This document shows positions 1-8,739 of a stretch of 28,285 nucleotides of DNA, piece after piece. The position numbers and the translations under genes were made by a program. This stretch comes from a virus. Lineage: Duplodnaviria > Caudoviricetes. Positions within the stretch are counted from its first letter, which is position 1; the number at the start of each line of letters is the position of its first letter. The notes beneath the pieces are model-generated. The model had not been told where the DNA came from. It made no database searches and saw nothing but the letters and a program-made list of their open reading frames with translations. The DNA is taken from positions 1-28,285 of the IMG/VR virus record IMGVR_UViG_3300020045_007939. One strand, written 5' to 3'.

Positions 1-34
1 CCGGCAAGTTGCCCCCACTCAATAGCGGCAACCG

Positions 35-445
35 TCATTTGCGGCCTCGGATAGCTGAAGCCACGGCCTGCACGCCGGCAGCGCCCGCGCCGGTATAAAA
101 GATATTCTCAAAAACCACGTCTGCGTATTCCTTTAGCTGCGTCGGCAACGCAGCTACATCAGGCAACGCACCGTTAAAAAGACTGTCTGCCATTCCCCAG
201 CCAAACCATGCGGCGGTCGGAACGGCGGCAATAAGCCACGGTATCCAGAATGCCTTATGCTGCATTCCTTCCCGCACCGTGGCTGCGGACTCCCGATCGG
301 ACGCAATCTGCCGCTCGATGTCCTTGATTACGCCGTCGGCAACGATGCGGTCTGCATCGTTTGCCGCGGCAAGTTTGGCTTTGTAGGCATTTGTTAAAGC
401 GGCGGCCAGCGGGCCGCCTAACCACTTCAAAATCAGCGCGAACAT
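35..445 (-). CDS. Membrane protein of lysis cassette (holin/spanin-like)
   Basis: ATG at 445 overlaps upstream stop (TAATG); hydrophobic segments (FWIPWLIAAVPTAAWFGW); follows endolysin and holin-like gene. Confidence 0.6.
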   Translation of the reverse strand: MFALILKWLGGPLAAALTNAYKAKLAAANDADRIVADGVIKDIERQIASDRESAATVREGMQHKAFWIPWLIAAVPTAAWFGWGMADSLFNGALPDVAALPTQLKEYADVVFENIFYTGAGAAGVQAVASAIRGRK

Positions 446-684
446 TATTTTGACCAGCCCCAGCGCCGTGCAAGCGCATAGCAGCCCTCGACGCCAATCA
501 TAATCGCCAGGCCGCACGTAGCCGCTATTTCAGGGTCGTTGGCCAGCATGTCGGCAATTTCTTGCGGCAACAGCCCTTTGGCAAGTAGGATGCCGGCGCC
601 ATATCGAAGCACAATGCGAATAATCGGCATTAGCGCTGACGTTCCGGATGGATTCGGTTCCGGCTGATAATTCGTATATGTCAT
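445..684 (-). CDS. Putative holin (small membrane protein)
   Basis: 79 aa, two hydrophobic stretches, basic C-terminus (ARRWGWSK), directly after endolysin with ATGA overlap. Confidence 0.6.
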   Translation of the reverse strand: MTYTNYQPEPNPSGTSALMPIIRIVLRYGAGILLAKGLLPQEIADMLANDPEIAATCGLAIMIGVEGCYALARRWGWSK

Positions 685-1457
685 TTCACGCCAACCTCCG
701 CAGGCTTTGCCGCACCGAGCGCGCGCAGGATGGCCATAAACGCCCCAAACAGCCCCACCGACGCGCTTGGTGCGGCAGGCGGCACCGTTGGCGCAACCGG
801 CATCACATCGGGCGCTGGTGCGGCTGCCTGCGGCGCGGACGGCGCGACGGTCCAGGCGCCACGGAACGCCTTTTCGAAAATCACGGCATAGGCCGCAATG
901 GTCGACGCCTTGTCCGTCCCGTTAACAATCCGGCGCGCGTTAACGTAATCGGTTTTTGCGCCGATATAGTCCTTCAGCGCCTTGCCCGTAAACCAACCGT
1001 CAAGCATGCCGCGCACGATAATTGCGGCCGCATATTTGGCGACCATTGCCAACGAGGGATTGCCGACGAAATCAATGCCGGTCTTGTCCTTGGCCTTCTG
1101 ATAATTGTATTTGTGCGTCAACTGCACAAAGCCGCGGCCAAGCCACGTCTTGCCGTCCGCATCAAAACGCCAGTAGGGAGTCTTAACCCATTTAAGCTGG
1201 CCTTTGGCAAATGCCGAATCCAGAATGGACACGGACTTTGCATCGCTAGACGCAAGCGTTTCGCGCACCGGCTGCATCGTTTTTGCCGTCTCATGAAACG
1301 CCGTAGCCATGATATACGCGCCATAGCGCGGGTCGCTAACCTTGCAAGTGTCAAGCTGGTCAAGAATGGACTCGATACCGTCAACCTGTAGCGATGTGAA
1401 GCCCTTCGGAAACATCGACGTTCCGCGCAGCTTGTCATAGAATGCACTTCTATTCAT
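681..1457 (-). CDS. Endolysin, glycoside hydrolase family 19 / lysozyme-like
   Basis: Motifs YIMATAFHET, GRGFVQLT..NY, NARRIVNGTDKA; Pro/Ala linker and amphipathic tail; AAGGA RBS before ATG 1457. Confidence 0.85.
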   Translation of the reverse strand: MNRSAFYDKLRGTSMFPKGFTSLQVDGIESILDQLDTCKVSDPRYGAYIMATAFHETAKTMQPVRETLASSDAKSVSILDSAFAKGQLKWVKTPYWRFDADGKTWLGRGFVQLTHKYNYQKAKDKTGIDFVGNPSLAMVAKYAAAIIVRGMLDGWFTGKALKDYIGAKTDYVNARRIVNGTDKASTIAAYAVIFEKAFRGAWTVAPSAPQAAAPAPDVMPVAPTVPPAAPSASVGLFGAFMAILRALGAAKPAEVGVK

Positions 1458-1469
1458 GCCGTTATCCTT

Positions 1470-1499
1470 AAAAGAAAAAGCCCGCGCATGGCGGGCTTT
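1470..1499 (-). terminator. Rho-independent terminator upstream of endolysin
   Basis: AAAGCCCGC-5nt-GCGGGCTTT hairpin followed by T-rich run on minus strand. Confidence 0.7.
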
Positions 1500-1547
1500 G
1501 TGTTGACGGTTATGGCGCCCCAATTGATGAAGGGGTGGGGGTGATGA

Positions 1548-1814
1548 TTACTCCGGCGGTGGCGGCACAAACAGCGTGTCGCTATCCATGACGGAGATCG
1601 GCAGAGAGCCGAGCGTCGATACCCAGCGGACGTAATCAGGGTCATTGAGCAGACGCGCTGGCGCGGCCCACTTGCCCACTAGAGTTCCTTGGCCGAGATT
1701 GTTGGCGAGGGAGTTGTCAATGCGTCGAGCGCCAACCATTGCATCTTCGTCATCCAAAAGAGTGGCGGAATTCTTTTCGGCTGACGTCATGATGATCCAT
1801 GCTTGCACCGTCAT
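1548..1814 (-). CDS. Hypothetical phage protein
   Basis: 88 aa ORF with GGAG RBS, 1 nt after upstream stop. Confidence 0.7.
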   Translation of the reverse strand: MTVQAWIIMTSAEKNSATLLDDEDAMVGARRIDNSLANNLGQGTLVGKWAAPARLLNDPDYVRWVSTLGSLPISVMDSDTLFVPPPPE

Positions 1815-1815
1815 T

Positions 1816-2667
1816 TTAAGCTCCTATCGCTGCCATGTATGTGTTAAGTGCGCTGTAAAGGTTAGCTATTTCCGGTCCAGATAATCCTGATCCAATGAAG
1901 GCAGCAGCATACTGTCGAGAAGAAAATGAGTTTGGGGTTCCCCCCTCATTTCGTGCCGCTAAAAATAAGGGCAAAGATGAGGCCGCTACTGACGCCACCG
2001 CGCCTGCGCCTATAGACGACCCATTGACGTAGGCTATCAGGTTGGCCGCATCAGGGCGGATAGCAGCAAACATCCCCGATGAAATGAGGTTTACTGGGCC
2101 TAGACCACCCACTGACGCTGCATTTAAGCGGGCAAGGAATTGATTACCAGCATTACGAATGAAGGCTGTTGAGTCTTGTGAAATTGAGACACGCGCCCCA
2201 ATATCGCAAACATCCGCAGCTACATCAGTGCGCGACCAAACGCCAAGTGTGGCGCTGTTCTGGCTGAATTTTGGTGATGTTGCTGTCGATGGGGTAAACC
2301 CAGTGCTTAAGTAGCTGGCCGATCCATCACCAGCATACCCGCGATCAGCAACAAAAGATGGGCTAGATACTGCCGTGAGGTTATACTGGTCAGCCAACCA
2401 ATTGCGGCGAGCCGCCTGGCTATCCGCAGCAGCAGTCAGATACAGAGCATCAAGTTTAGACCATATCCCTGCCGTCTTCAGTGTTTTGATCAGCGCGTTG
2501 ATCAGCCCCTTGCGCTGTACTGTCGGCGGTGTGGTGAACCGCGCGAACAGCGCCGTCGCCTCGGCCTCGTAGACCACACCCCCGCCCGTGTCTATGGTCC
2601 CGGTGCCCGATGGCCAGCCTCGTCTTAGAATCGACCGACATATCGGCCGTAAAATCGGCTTAAGCAC
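1816..2667 (-). CDS. Putative tail-associated / LamG-like beta-sandwich protein
   Basis: Gly/Ser/Ala/Thr-rich; GTG at 2667 overlaps upstream stop (alternative start 2727); fold call is inference. Confidence 0.5.
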   Translation of the reverse strand: MLKPILRPICRSILRRGWPSGTGTIDTGGGVVYEAEATALFARFTTPPTVQRKGLINALIKTLKTAGIWSKLDALYLTAAADSQAARRNWLADQYNLTAVSSPSFVADRGYAGDGSASYLSTGFTPSTATSPKFSQNSATLGVWSRTDVAADVCDIGARVSISQDSTAFIRNAGNQFLARLNAASVGGLGPVNLISSGMFAAIRPDAANLIAYVNGSSIGAGAVASVAASSLPLFLAARNEGGTPNSFSSRQYAAAFIGSGLSGPEIANLYSALNTYMAAIGA

Positions 2668-2926
2668 TGAACACCCCGCACGCCCCACCAGCCACGCGGC
2701 TGAATCGATAAACGCCAGGCGCTTCAATCATCGCGGCCGGCTGCCCGGAAGCAAGGGAGCCAACGACGTTGTATGCGCCAGCGTCGTCCTTTAGTTTGAT
2801 GATTACCAGTGCGGCGCCGTCGGCGACGCCCTTAAGGCCAACCGTAAGCGGTGTGCCGGCGGCGATTGTGATATCCGCGGAATCGACCGCTGTGCTGCCG
2901 GTAGATAGAATTTGTGCGGCTGCCAT
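2660..2926 (-). CDS. Hypothetical small beta-rich protein
   Basis: CAGGAG RBS before ATG 2926; 88 aa. Confidence 0.7.
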   Translation of the reverse strand: MAAAQILSTGSTAVDSADITIAAGTPLTVGLKGVADGAALVIIKLKDDAGAYNVVGSLASGQPAAMIEAPGVYRFSRVAGGACGVFSA

Positions 2927-2993
2927 ATTGGCTCCTGTGGTTGTATGTTTTGATGACGTGCGATATTTAAGTGTAGTTGACGCGCAAAATACG

Positions 2994-3020
2994 CTTGACA
3001 AATTTGTCAAGATGGTTATT
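2994..3020 (-). promoter_or_regulatory. Palindromic operator/promoter element copy 1 (TGACAAATTTGTCA)
   Basis: CTTGACAAATTTGTCAAG with the AATAACCAT flank in minus orientation, pointing at the 2926 operon. Confidence 0.75.
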
Positions 3021-3044
3021 TTGCTGATGCGGATTGGCCGCTAG

Positions 3045-3302
3045 AGGAGAATTGAAGGCAAGGTAGAGCGCGCCGGACGCGACGCAGCCGTTAAGGCGGA
3101 TATTGCCGCGGCAATGGCGCAAGCCACCCGCGACGAGCTTGCCGCACACAAGCTGCATATCGCGGAAACATATGTTACAAAAGCCGGCCTCCAGGAGCAA
3201 ACGTCGCAAATCATGCGGGCCATTGAAGGCGTAGGAACGCGCATCGAGGCGTTGAATGGGCGCCTTGATAGGGCGTTTGAACATGGTGGACCACCGCATT
3301 GA
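3045..3302 (+). pseudogene. Probably 5'-truncated phage coiled-coil protein (or 62 aa CDS from ATG 3114)
   Basis: Frame open from 3045 (RRIEGKVE...HKLHIAETYVTKAGL) after in-frame TAG at 3042; no RBS at 3114; followed by terminator. Confidence 0.4.
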
Positions 3303-3307
3303 ACTTT

Positions 3308-3343
3308 ATCCCCCACTGGCGAAAGCTGGTGGGGGATTTTTTT
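3308..3343 (+). terminator. Rho-independent terminator
   Basis: ATCCCCCACTGGC-GAAA-GCTGGTGGGGGAT then T run. Confidence 0.8.
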
Positions 3344-3378
3344 GTGTCTTTTTTCGGGGTTGCGTTGCGCGGGTGGTG

Positions 3379-3406
3379 TTGACAAATTTGTCAAGCTGGC
3401 TATTGT
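3379..3406 (+). promoter_or_regulatory. Palindromic operator/promoter element copy 2
   Basis: TTGACAAATTTGTCAA with TATTGT downstream; precedes gene at 3442. Confidence 0.75.
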
Positions 3407-3441
3407 GGTGGAAGGAATAGTAACGATAAGGAGACTTTAGG

Positions 3442-3633
3442 ATGGCTATGGAAAGCGGTGATTTGCTTCTTGGTGTTCCCGCGATTGCTGAACACCTTGG
3501 GTTGACCATTAGACAAGCTAGGCACCTGATATACGACAGGCGGGCCATCCCAACATTCAAACTTGCTGGAAGCGTTGCCGCTCGTAAATCAACACTTCAA
3601 AGCTGGCTGGTTGGGCTGGAGCGGAGGGCGTAA
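3442..3633 (+). CDS. Excisionase-like HTH DNA-binding protein
   Basis: AIAEHLG...IPTFKLAGSVAARKSTL; similar to 18254..18445. Confidence 0.75.
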   Translation: MAMESGDLLLGVPAIAEHLGLTIRQARHLIYDRRAIPTFKLAGSVAARKSTLQSWLVGLERRA

Positions 3634-4142
3634 TGCATTTCATATACGCCATTGGCACATCAGACCCGAAATATCCTTCCATAAAGATAGGCACAACATC
3701 GGACATCAAGCATAGGCTTAGCAATCTGCAAAGCGGATCTCCAATTGAGCTTTCAGTTCTTTCAGCGTGGGAATTCCCATGCTCCGCAAGCGCGCGAGTA
3801 ACCGAGCAGCTTGCGCACAGCGTTTTCAGTACAGCCAACCATTACGGGGAGTGGTTTAATGTTTCCATTGAAGAAATTGACAAGTTTATAACCAGGGATT
3901 CGCAGTATGATTTGGCGGCATACGGGGTGCAAGCTCACGCAGGTAAAAGGCTCGAAGTCAATATAACAGCTCATAGGCTGCAATCAAACGGGATAAGAAG
4001 ATACTTTCACCACGTTGCTAGGTTGCGCGACATAGAAAAGGCCAGGATCGCAAAGGAGGCCGCAGATAAAAAGGAACGCGATTTTATGGCGCCATTTGTG
4101 GCAACGATGGTTGCCCACCGCGATTCCGCACGAGTGAAATAA
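3633..4142 (+). CDS. GIY-YIG superfamily (T5orf172-like) nuclease domain protein
   Basis: FIYAIG, IKIGTT, RLSNLQSGSP, EQLAH, GEWF motifs. Confidence 0.8.
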   Translation: MHFIYAIGTSDPKYPSIKIGTTSDIKHRLSNLQSGSPIELSVLSAWEFPCSASARVTEQLAHSVFSTANHYGEWFNVSIEEIDKFITRDSQYDLAAYGVQAHAGKRLEVNITAHRLQSNGIRRYFHHVARLRDIEKARIAKEAADKKERDFMAPFVATMVAHRDSARVK

Positions 4143-4143
4143 C

Positions 4144-4176
4144 CATCTTGACAAATTTGTCAAGATGTGGTATTGA
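4144..4176 (+). promoter_or_regulatory. Palindromic operator/promoter element copy 3
   Basis: Perfect 24-bp palindrome CATCTTGACAAATTTGTCAAGATG; TTGACA-N17-TATTGA. Confidence 0.8.
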
Positions 4177-4224
4177 TTGAGTGGCGTTAGGAGAATTAAA
4201 TCAACACAAACAACAGGATTTCTC

Positions 4225-4671
4225 ATGAAAAACGAAACAATATCTAGGCATGGCTACATACGTTTTCTGATGGAAACTCAGAAAGCGTATCATGATTTGG
4301 TAGAATCTGCTCAAATTGTGCTTTACGGAGCCAAGAAAGCGAAAGAAGCCTTTAGCAAGCGAAAGGAATGGATGGACACTGGCCTTGGCATCGGTGAATT
4401 CACCTATGACCGGGCCGTAGATATCGAGGTCAGCGCGTCGCAAGGTGTCGCTAGGAAGGAATGGGCATTGTCGTCTTGGCAGACACCAGAAAAGAAGGTT
4501 GGCCCCGCTGAAACCGGCTCAATTGTAGTCGATACTCTTGTCGTCAACGTTGATATCGAGGAATCCTCAGCGCAAGAGAAGCGTTCTAGGCGTGATTACA
4601 TTAATCACGGTGTAGAAAATGGACTAATCAGTGCGCTTGAGGCAAACACGCTGCATTTCCGACCAATGTAG
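4225..4671 (+). CDS. Hypothetical protein
   Basis: ATG 4225 with AGGA RBS, 148 aa, own promoter element upstream. Confidence 0.7.
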   Translation: MKNETISRHGYIRFLMETQKAYHDLVESAQIVLYGAKKAKEAFSKRKEWMDTGLGIGEFTYDRAVDIEVSASQGVARKEWALSSWQTPEKKVGPAETGSIVVDTLVVNVDIEESSAQEKRSRRDYINHGVENGLISALEANTLHFRPM

Positions 4672-4681
4672 TCATTCTAAT

Positions 4682-4711
4682 ACAACGACCGGCATTCAAG
4701 CCGGCCGTTGT
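4682..4711 (+). terminator. Possible terminator hairpin
   Basis: ACAACGACCGGC-ATTCAA-GCCGGCCGTTGT after stop; weak U tract. Confidence 0.4.
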
Positions 4712-4729
4712 CATTCTTGACCTAAGTAT

Positions 4730-4763
4730 CCATCTTGACAAATTTGTCATTATGGATTAGACC
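4730..4763 (+). promoter_or_regulatory. Palindromic operator/promoter element copy 4
   Basis: CCATCTTGACAAATTTGTCATT; TTGACA-N17-TAGACC. Confidence 0.75.
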
Positions 4764-4797
4764 AAACATAATTACCGAAACCAGAAAAGGAGCGCGC

Positions 4798-5019
4798 ATG
4801 AAAACTGTTGTTGGATATGTAGACGAACTGAGGACTGAGAAATCTAGAAATAGCATTTCATCTTCGGCGGAATCGTTGGCTTCGGAGTTTGGTTTATCAT
4901 ACGCGCAAAAGATTGCGCGTGCAGCAATTGGCGACGAGAGGAACAGGTGCGCGATTATTGCGAAGCGCAATGGATGTGAAACGTGCTTTTCAGAAATTGT
5001 TTCTGGAGTTTTGGCATGA
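4798..5019 (+). CDS. Hypothetical protein
   Basis: AAGGAG RBS before ATG 4798; 73 aa. Confidence 0.65.
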   Translation: MKTVVGYVDELRTEKSRNSISSSAESLASEFGLSYAQKIARAAIGDERNRCAIIAKRNGCETCFSEIVSGVLA

Positions 5020-5540
5020 AAAACAGCAGACGAATATTCTATGGAATTGGCGTTGTTGCGGCATTGGCCGCCGTGTGCGCGGTTTCTGTTTCGGCGATTG
5101 GTCCGGAAAGCGTGAAGTCGGGCCGGCTGCCCGCTTCCGAAATCTCGGTGCCTGACATCGCGGCGCCGGACCTTGACGCGGTTTACATGTCGGCGATTGA
5201 CGCGGCAATTCATGACAGCGTTTCGGCGCCGGTAAGGTTTGCTGCCCGCACCAATCCATCCGACGTTGAAATCAGACGCGACGACGGAATCGGTTCCGGC
5301 GTGCATATTGGCGGCGGCCTGTTTTTGACCGCGGCGCATGTTGTTCGTGGCGTGAAGCCCGGCGGGCGCCTTGATATCAAGTTGCGCGACAAGTCGCTTC
5401 GCAAGGCGACAATTCTTTGGATGTCGCCGCAAAACGACACGGCTTTGATTTCGGCGGACGGCGCAGACGTTGAGGCTTCAAAGATTAGTTGCAAGCCAGT
5501 GACTGTCGGCGAGCCAATCAACCTTCCGGCTTCCGCATGA
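5016..5540 (+). CDS. Trypsin-like serine protease, C-terminally truncated
   Basis: Signal/TM segment, GSGVHIG and LTAAHVV (catalytic His), DTALI (Asp); no G.SGG serine motif before stop. Confidence 0.7.
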   Translation: MKNSRRIFYGIGVVAALAAVCAVSVSAIGPESVKSGRLPASEISVPDIAAPDLDAVYMSAIDAAIHDSVSAPVRFAARTNPSDVEIRRDDGIGSGVHIGGGLFLTAAHVVRGVKPGGRLDIKLRDKSLRKATILWMSPQNDTALISADGADVEASKISCKPVTVGEPINLPASA

Positions 5541-5740
5541 CCTGGCAAACAGACTTCACCGACGCGCCGAAAGACAATCCAATATGGCTGGCCACCACGT
5601 GCAAAAAGGTCATCCAGTCATATTGGATTGAGCCTGCTAAGCCAGGCCAAGCAGGCCGTTGGGCTTTTATCGGCACAAAGGAAACGCCGCGCGCATGGCA
5701 TGAGTTTTTCAAGCCAATCCATCCGGACGCAGGAGCATAA
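5537..5740 (+). CDS. Hypothetical phage protein (DUF551-like)
   Basis: ATGA overlap; MTWQ..APKD..IWL...PRAW pattern. Confidence 0.6.
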   Translation: MTWQTDFTDAPKDNPIWLATTCKKVIQSYWIEPAKPGQAGRWAFIGTKETPRAWHEFFKPIHPDAGA

Positions 5741-7000
5741 ATGCCAACACCAAAACTTAGCGACGAACTAGCACATCAGGCGGCAGCGGCATTCCGCGAA
5801 CACGGCAATAAGTCTGTTGCGGCCGCTGCGCTTGACTTGAAGCGCAACACGTTTTGCGACCGTCTGCGCATTGCGGCCGAGCGCGGCATGATGGGCTTTA
5901 AGCCTGTGTTGCCCGGATTTCGCATCAGCCAGATTAGCAGCGGCCCGAACGGCGACCACGTACAGCAAAAGCCCGAACGTGGTCCGGAATGGGAAATGCC
6001 CGCCGGTCACGCAATCAAGGGCATCAGCGCGCTTGTCGATGCGGACGGCCGGACGGTGCAGCAGTGGGTTAAGACAAACCAGCGGGCGGAAGACCAGCTT
6101 GCGCTAATGCGGGTGGCTGTTGACGAGCTTAAAAAGGACTTGCCGCGCATCACGATTATGCCGGCGCCGGCAAGTGTGCGCGCCGAACTGCTTAACCAGT
6201 TCGTTGTGACTGACAATCATTTCGGCATGTTGTCATGGCACGAGGAAACCGGAAGCGATTACGACCTGCGGATTGCCGAGCAGCTTTTGCTTGACTGGTT
6301 TTCCGCGGCAATCGACATATCGCCGGACGCACACACGGCCGTCCTGGCGCAGCTTGGCGACATGATGCACCATGACGCGCATGAATCCGTAACTCCAGCG
6401 CATAGGCATGTGCTTGACGCGGACAGCCGGCTGCAGAAGGTAATCCGGCTTGTTATCCGGACCATCCGCCGCATCATCGATATGCTGCTGCAGAAGCACC
6501 ACCACGTACATGTTGTTATGGCAAGCGGCAATCACGACCCGGCGTCGTCCGCCTGGCTGCGTGAAATGCTGGCCGCGATGTACGAGGACGAGCCGCGCAT
6601 TACGGTGGATAATAGCCCGTCGCTTTATTACGCCTATGAGTGGGGAAGCACGGCGCTATTTTATCACCACGGCCACAAGCGCGGAATTGCCAACGTCGAC
6701 GCCACACTTGCCGGCATGTTTCGCGAGCTTTACGGCCGCAGCAAATACGCATTCGCGCATATCGGCCACCTGCATTCCGACGAAGGGAAGAAAAGCGGCC
6801 TGATGTATGTCGAGCGTCACGAAACGCTTGCCGCGCCGGATGCTTACGCCGCTGGCGGTGGTTGGCTGTCCGGTCGTTCCGCGAAGGTCATCACGTATTC
6901 AAAGACTGGCGGCGAGGTGTTCAGATCGACGCTGCGGCCCGAAATGGTGGCCGGCCGGATGGCGGCAAACGACAACAATGAACAAAGGAGAGTTGCATGA
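5741..7000 (+). CDS. Calcineurin-like metallophosphoesterase with N-terminal HTH-like segment
   Basis: DNHFG, LGD..H, GNHD, HHGH, GHLH motifs. Confidence 0.85.
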   Translation: MPTPKLSDELAHQAAAAFREHGNKSVAAAALDLKRNTFCDRLRIAAERGMMGFKPVLPGFRISQISSGPNGDHVQQKPERGPEWEMPAGHAIKGISALVDADGRTVQQWVKTNQRAEDQLALMRVAVDELKKDLPRITIMPAPASVRAELLNQFVVTDNHFGMLSWHEETGSDYDLRIAEQLLLDWFSAAIDISPDAHTAVLAQLGDMMHHDAHESVTPAHRHVLDADSRLQKVIRLVIRTIRRIIDMLLQKHHHVHVVMASGNHDPASSAWLREMLAAMYEDEPRITVDNSPSLYYAYEWGSTALFYHHGHKRGIANVDATLAGMFRELYGRSKYAFAHIGHLHSDEGKKSGLMYVERHETLAAPDAYAAGGGWLSGRSAKVITYSKTGGEVFRSTLRPEMVAGRMAANDNNEQRRVA

Positions 7001-7695
7001 CTTTTAACATTGGCGAAGTTCCGAAGGATGTTGCAGATTGCGTCCGAGCAATCGGACCTGTTGAGTGGGGCTGCACGTACACGCAAGACGATGAAGCGCA
7101 TATCAAAGAGTTTGCAGATACGTTGCGCCTAACGCGCGAATTTTCCGGCATAGAAGGCGACACCAAAGTGTCTGGTGTTTATCTTGACGGAACGCATGTA
7201 GTTTTAGCGCACACAGGAACAAGCCCAAACTCGCCACAGCATGCACGAATTCTAACTAGCTTGTGGAACTGGTTCCACGGAATCGTTACGTCTCCGCTGG
7301 CTGCAAATGATAACATCATGGCCGCCGCGCGAGCGGCCCAAATAAATGATCTGGTTTCTTACTTCCACACGAAATCAAGCGAGGCCGGATGGTGGGACGA
7401 AAACGGGCGCAGTTTGCGCGACGACAAATACGTTCACGCAACAAAGCTGATGCTTGTCGTTACCGAGCTTGCCGAGGCCATGGAAGGGCTGCGCAAAGGG
7501 CTGCAGGATGACAAGCTTTCACATCGTAAAATGGCTGAAGTTGAGCTTGCAGACGCGCTTATCAGGATTTTCGATCTGGCCGGTGTGCTTGGTTATGACC
7601 TTGGTGGGGCTGTTGTTGAGAAGGACGCGTTCAATTCAATCCGGCCTGACCACAAGATTGAAAACAGGGTCGCCGCTGGCGGCAAGGCTTATTGA
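6997..7695 (+). CDS. MazG-like nucleotide pyrophosphohydrolase with extra N-terminal domain
   Basis: KLMLVVTELAEAMEGLRK...EVELADALIRIFDLAG. Confidence 0.8.
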   Translation: MTFNIGEVPKDVADCVRAIGPVEWGCTYTQDDEAHIKEFADTLRLTREFSGIEGDTKVSGVYLDGTHVVLAHTGTSPNSPQHARILTSLWNWFHGIVTSPLAANDNIMAAARAAQINDLVSYFHTKSSEAGWWDENGRSLRDDKYVHATKLMLVVTELAEAMEGLRKGLQDDKLSHRKMAEVELADALIRIFDLAGVLGYDLGGAVVEKDAFNSIRPDHKIENRVAAGGKAY

Positions 7696-8234
7696 TGATG
7701 AACCACCATTATCAAATCTACGAAGGCTTCGGCGCGGTTGCGTCGGAGCCGGCCAACGACAACACCATCGGCAAGCCGGACGCGCTGAATAGCTACCTTT
7801 ACAATCTTGGTGGCAAGGTCGACGCGGAACTTGCCACAACAACGTTTGCGGAACTGCACCGCCTTGGCCTTGCCGAAGTCGCCAGCTACCCGCGTCGGCG
7901 CAAGCGGTTGGTTATCATCGAAAGCCCGTATGCCGGCGCAACGCCGGAAGACACGGCGCGCAATGTTGAATATGCGCGCCGCTGCCTACTGGATAGCCTG
8001 ATGCGTGGCGAGGCGCCAATTGCGAGCCACCTGCTTTATACGCAGGCGCTTGACGACAACAAGCCGGAAGAGCGGATGCTTGGCATTGAAGCCGGCGTGG
8101 CCTGGCGCATCGCGGCGGATGCGTCGGTTGCATACACCGACTTCGGGATTAGCGCGGGCATGCGGTACGGGATTAACGCCGCGCATTCATCGTGCATGCA
8201 TGTCGAGTTTCGAACGATTGGGGCGGGGGAATGA
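7695..8234 (+). CDS. Nucleoside deoxyribosyltransferase-like (DUF4406-like) phage protein
   Basis: VIIESPYAG, GEAPIASHLLY, GISAGM..GI motifs. Confidence 0.6.
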   Translation: MMNHHYQIYEGFGAVASEPANDNTIGKPDALNSYLYNLGGKVDAELATTTFAELHRLGLAEVASYPRRRKRLVIIESPYAGATPEDTARNVEYARRCLLDSLMRGEAPIASHLLYTQALDDNKPEERMLGIEAGVAWRIAADASVAYTDFGISAGMRYGINAAHSSCMHVEFRTIGAGE

Positions 8235-8503
8235 AGCACGGCGATAAAATAGTTTGCATCAACGCGAAGTTCAACCACGTGGCCAATGACCAGGGTTTGC
8301 GCGAAGGCGAGGTTTACACCGTGCGCTGGTACGGCCCGCATTCGCACTACATCGACGGCGATTATTACGGCGTACAGCTTGAAGAAATCGTGCGTGGCGA
8401 AGACCCTGCCGGCTATTGCGACGCCGACTTGCCGTTTAATGCTGCGCGCTTTCGTCCGGTTGTTTCGCCAAAGGTTGTGACCAAAATTGCGGAAAGGGTA
8501 TAG
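8231..8503 (+). CDS. Hypothetical phage protein (SH3-like)
   Basis: ATGA overlap; GDKIVCI...GEVYTV...RFRPV. Confidence 0.7.
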   Translation: MKHGDKIVCINAKFNHVANDQGLREGEVYTVRWYGPHSHYIDGDYYGVQLEEIVRGEDPAGYCDADLPFNAARFRPVVSPKVVTKIAERV

Positions 8504-8505
8504 CA

Positions 8506-8739
8506 GTGACAACGATGATTGAAATACTTGATGCCAACTGTCCACCAGCAATCAAGTCGGAAGAGCGCTTCTTTATTGGCCGCGACAATGACTATCGCTG
8601 CTACATAATTCCTGTGCTTAGGCAAGAAGAATGGCTGTTTTGGCGTCGCGATGGCGACGAAGACATCGTGCCTGACTTTGCAACTCGTATTGACGGATCG
8701 CCTTCATACGTAACATTTACCGACCCGAGGACCACATGA
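8506..8739 (+). CDS. Hypothetical protein
   Basis: Fills gap in operon; stop overlaps next ATG. Confidence 0.6.
   Translation: MTTMIEILDANCPPAIKSEERFFIGRDNDYRCYIIPVLRQEEWLFWRRDGDEDIVPDFATRIDGSPSYVTFTDPRTT

Noticed and set aside
648-1391. Long antisense/shadow ORFs (e.g. 648-1391, 4722-5432, 26725-27372, 27356-28057)
   Set aside because: Opposite well-supported genes in GC-rich DNA; no RBS or motifs
2967-3394. ORFs starting MTNLS (3010, 3394, and also 4735, 27880)
   Set aside because: Artefact of TTG starts inside the repeated palindrome; real starts with RBS lie downstream or the ORF is spurious
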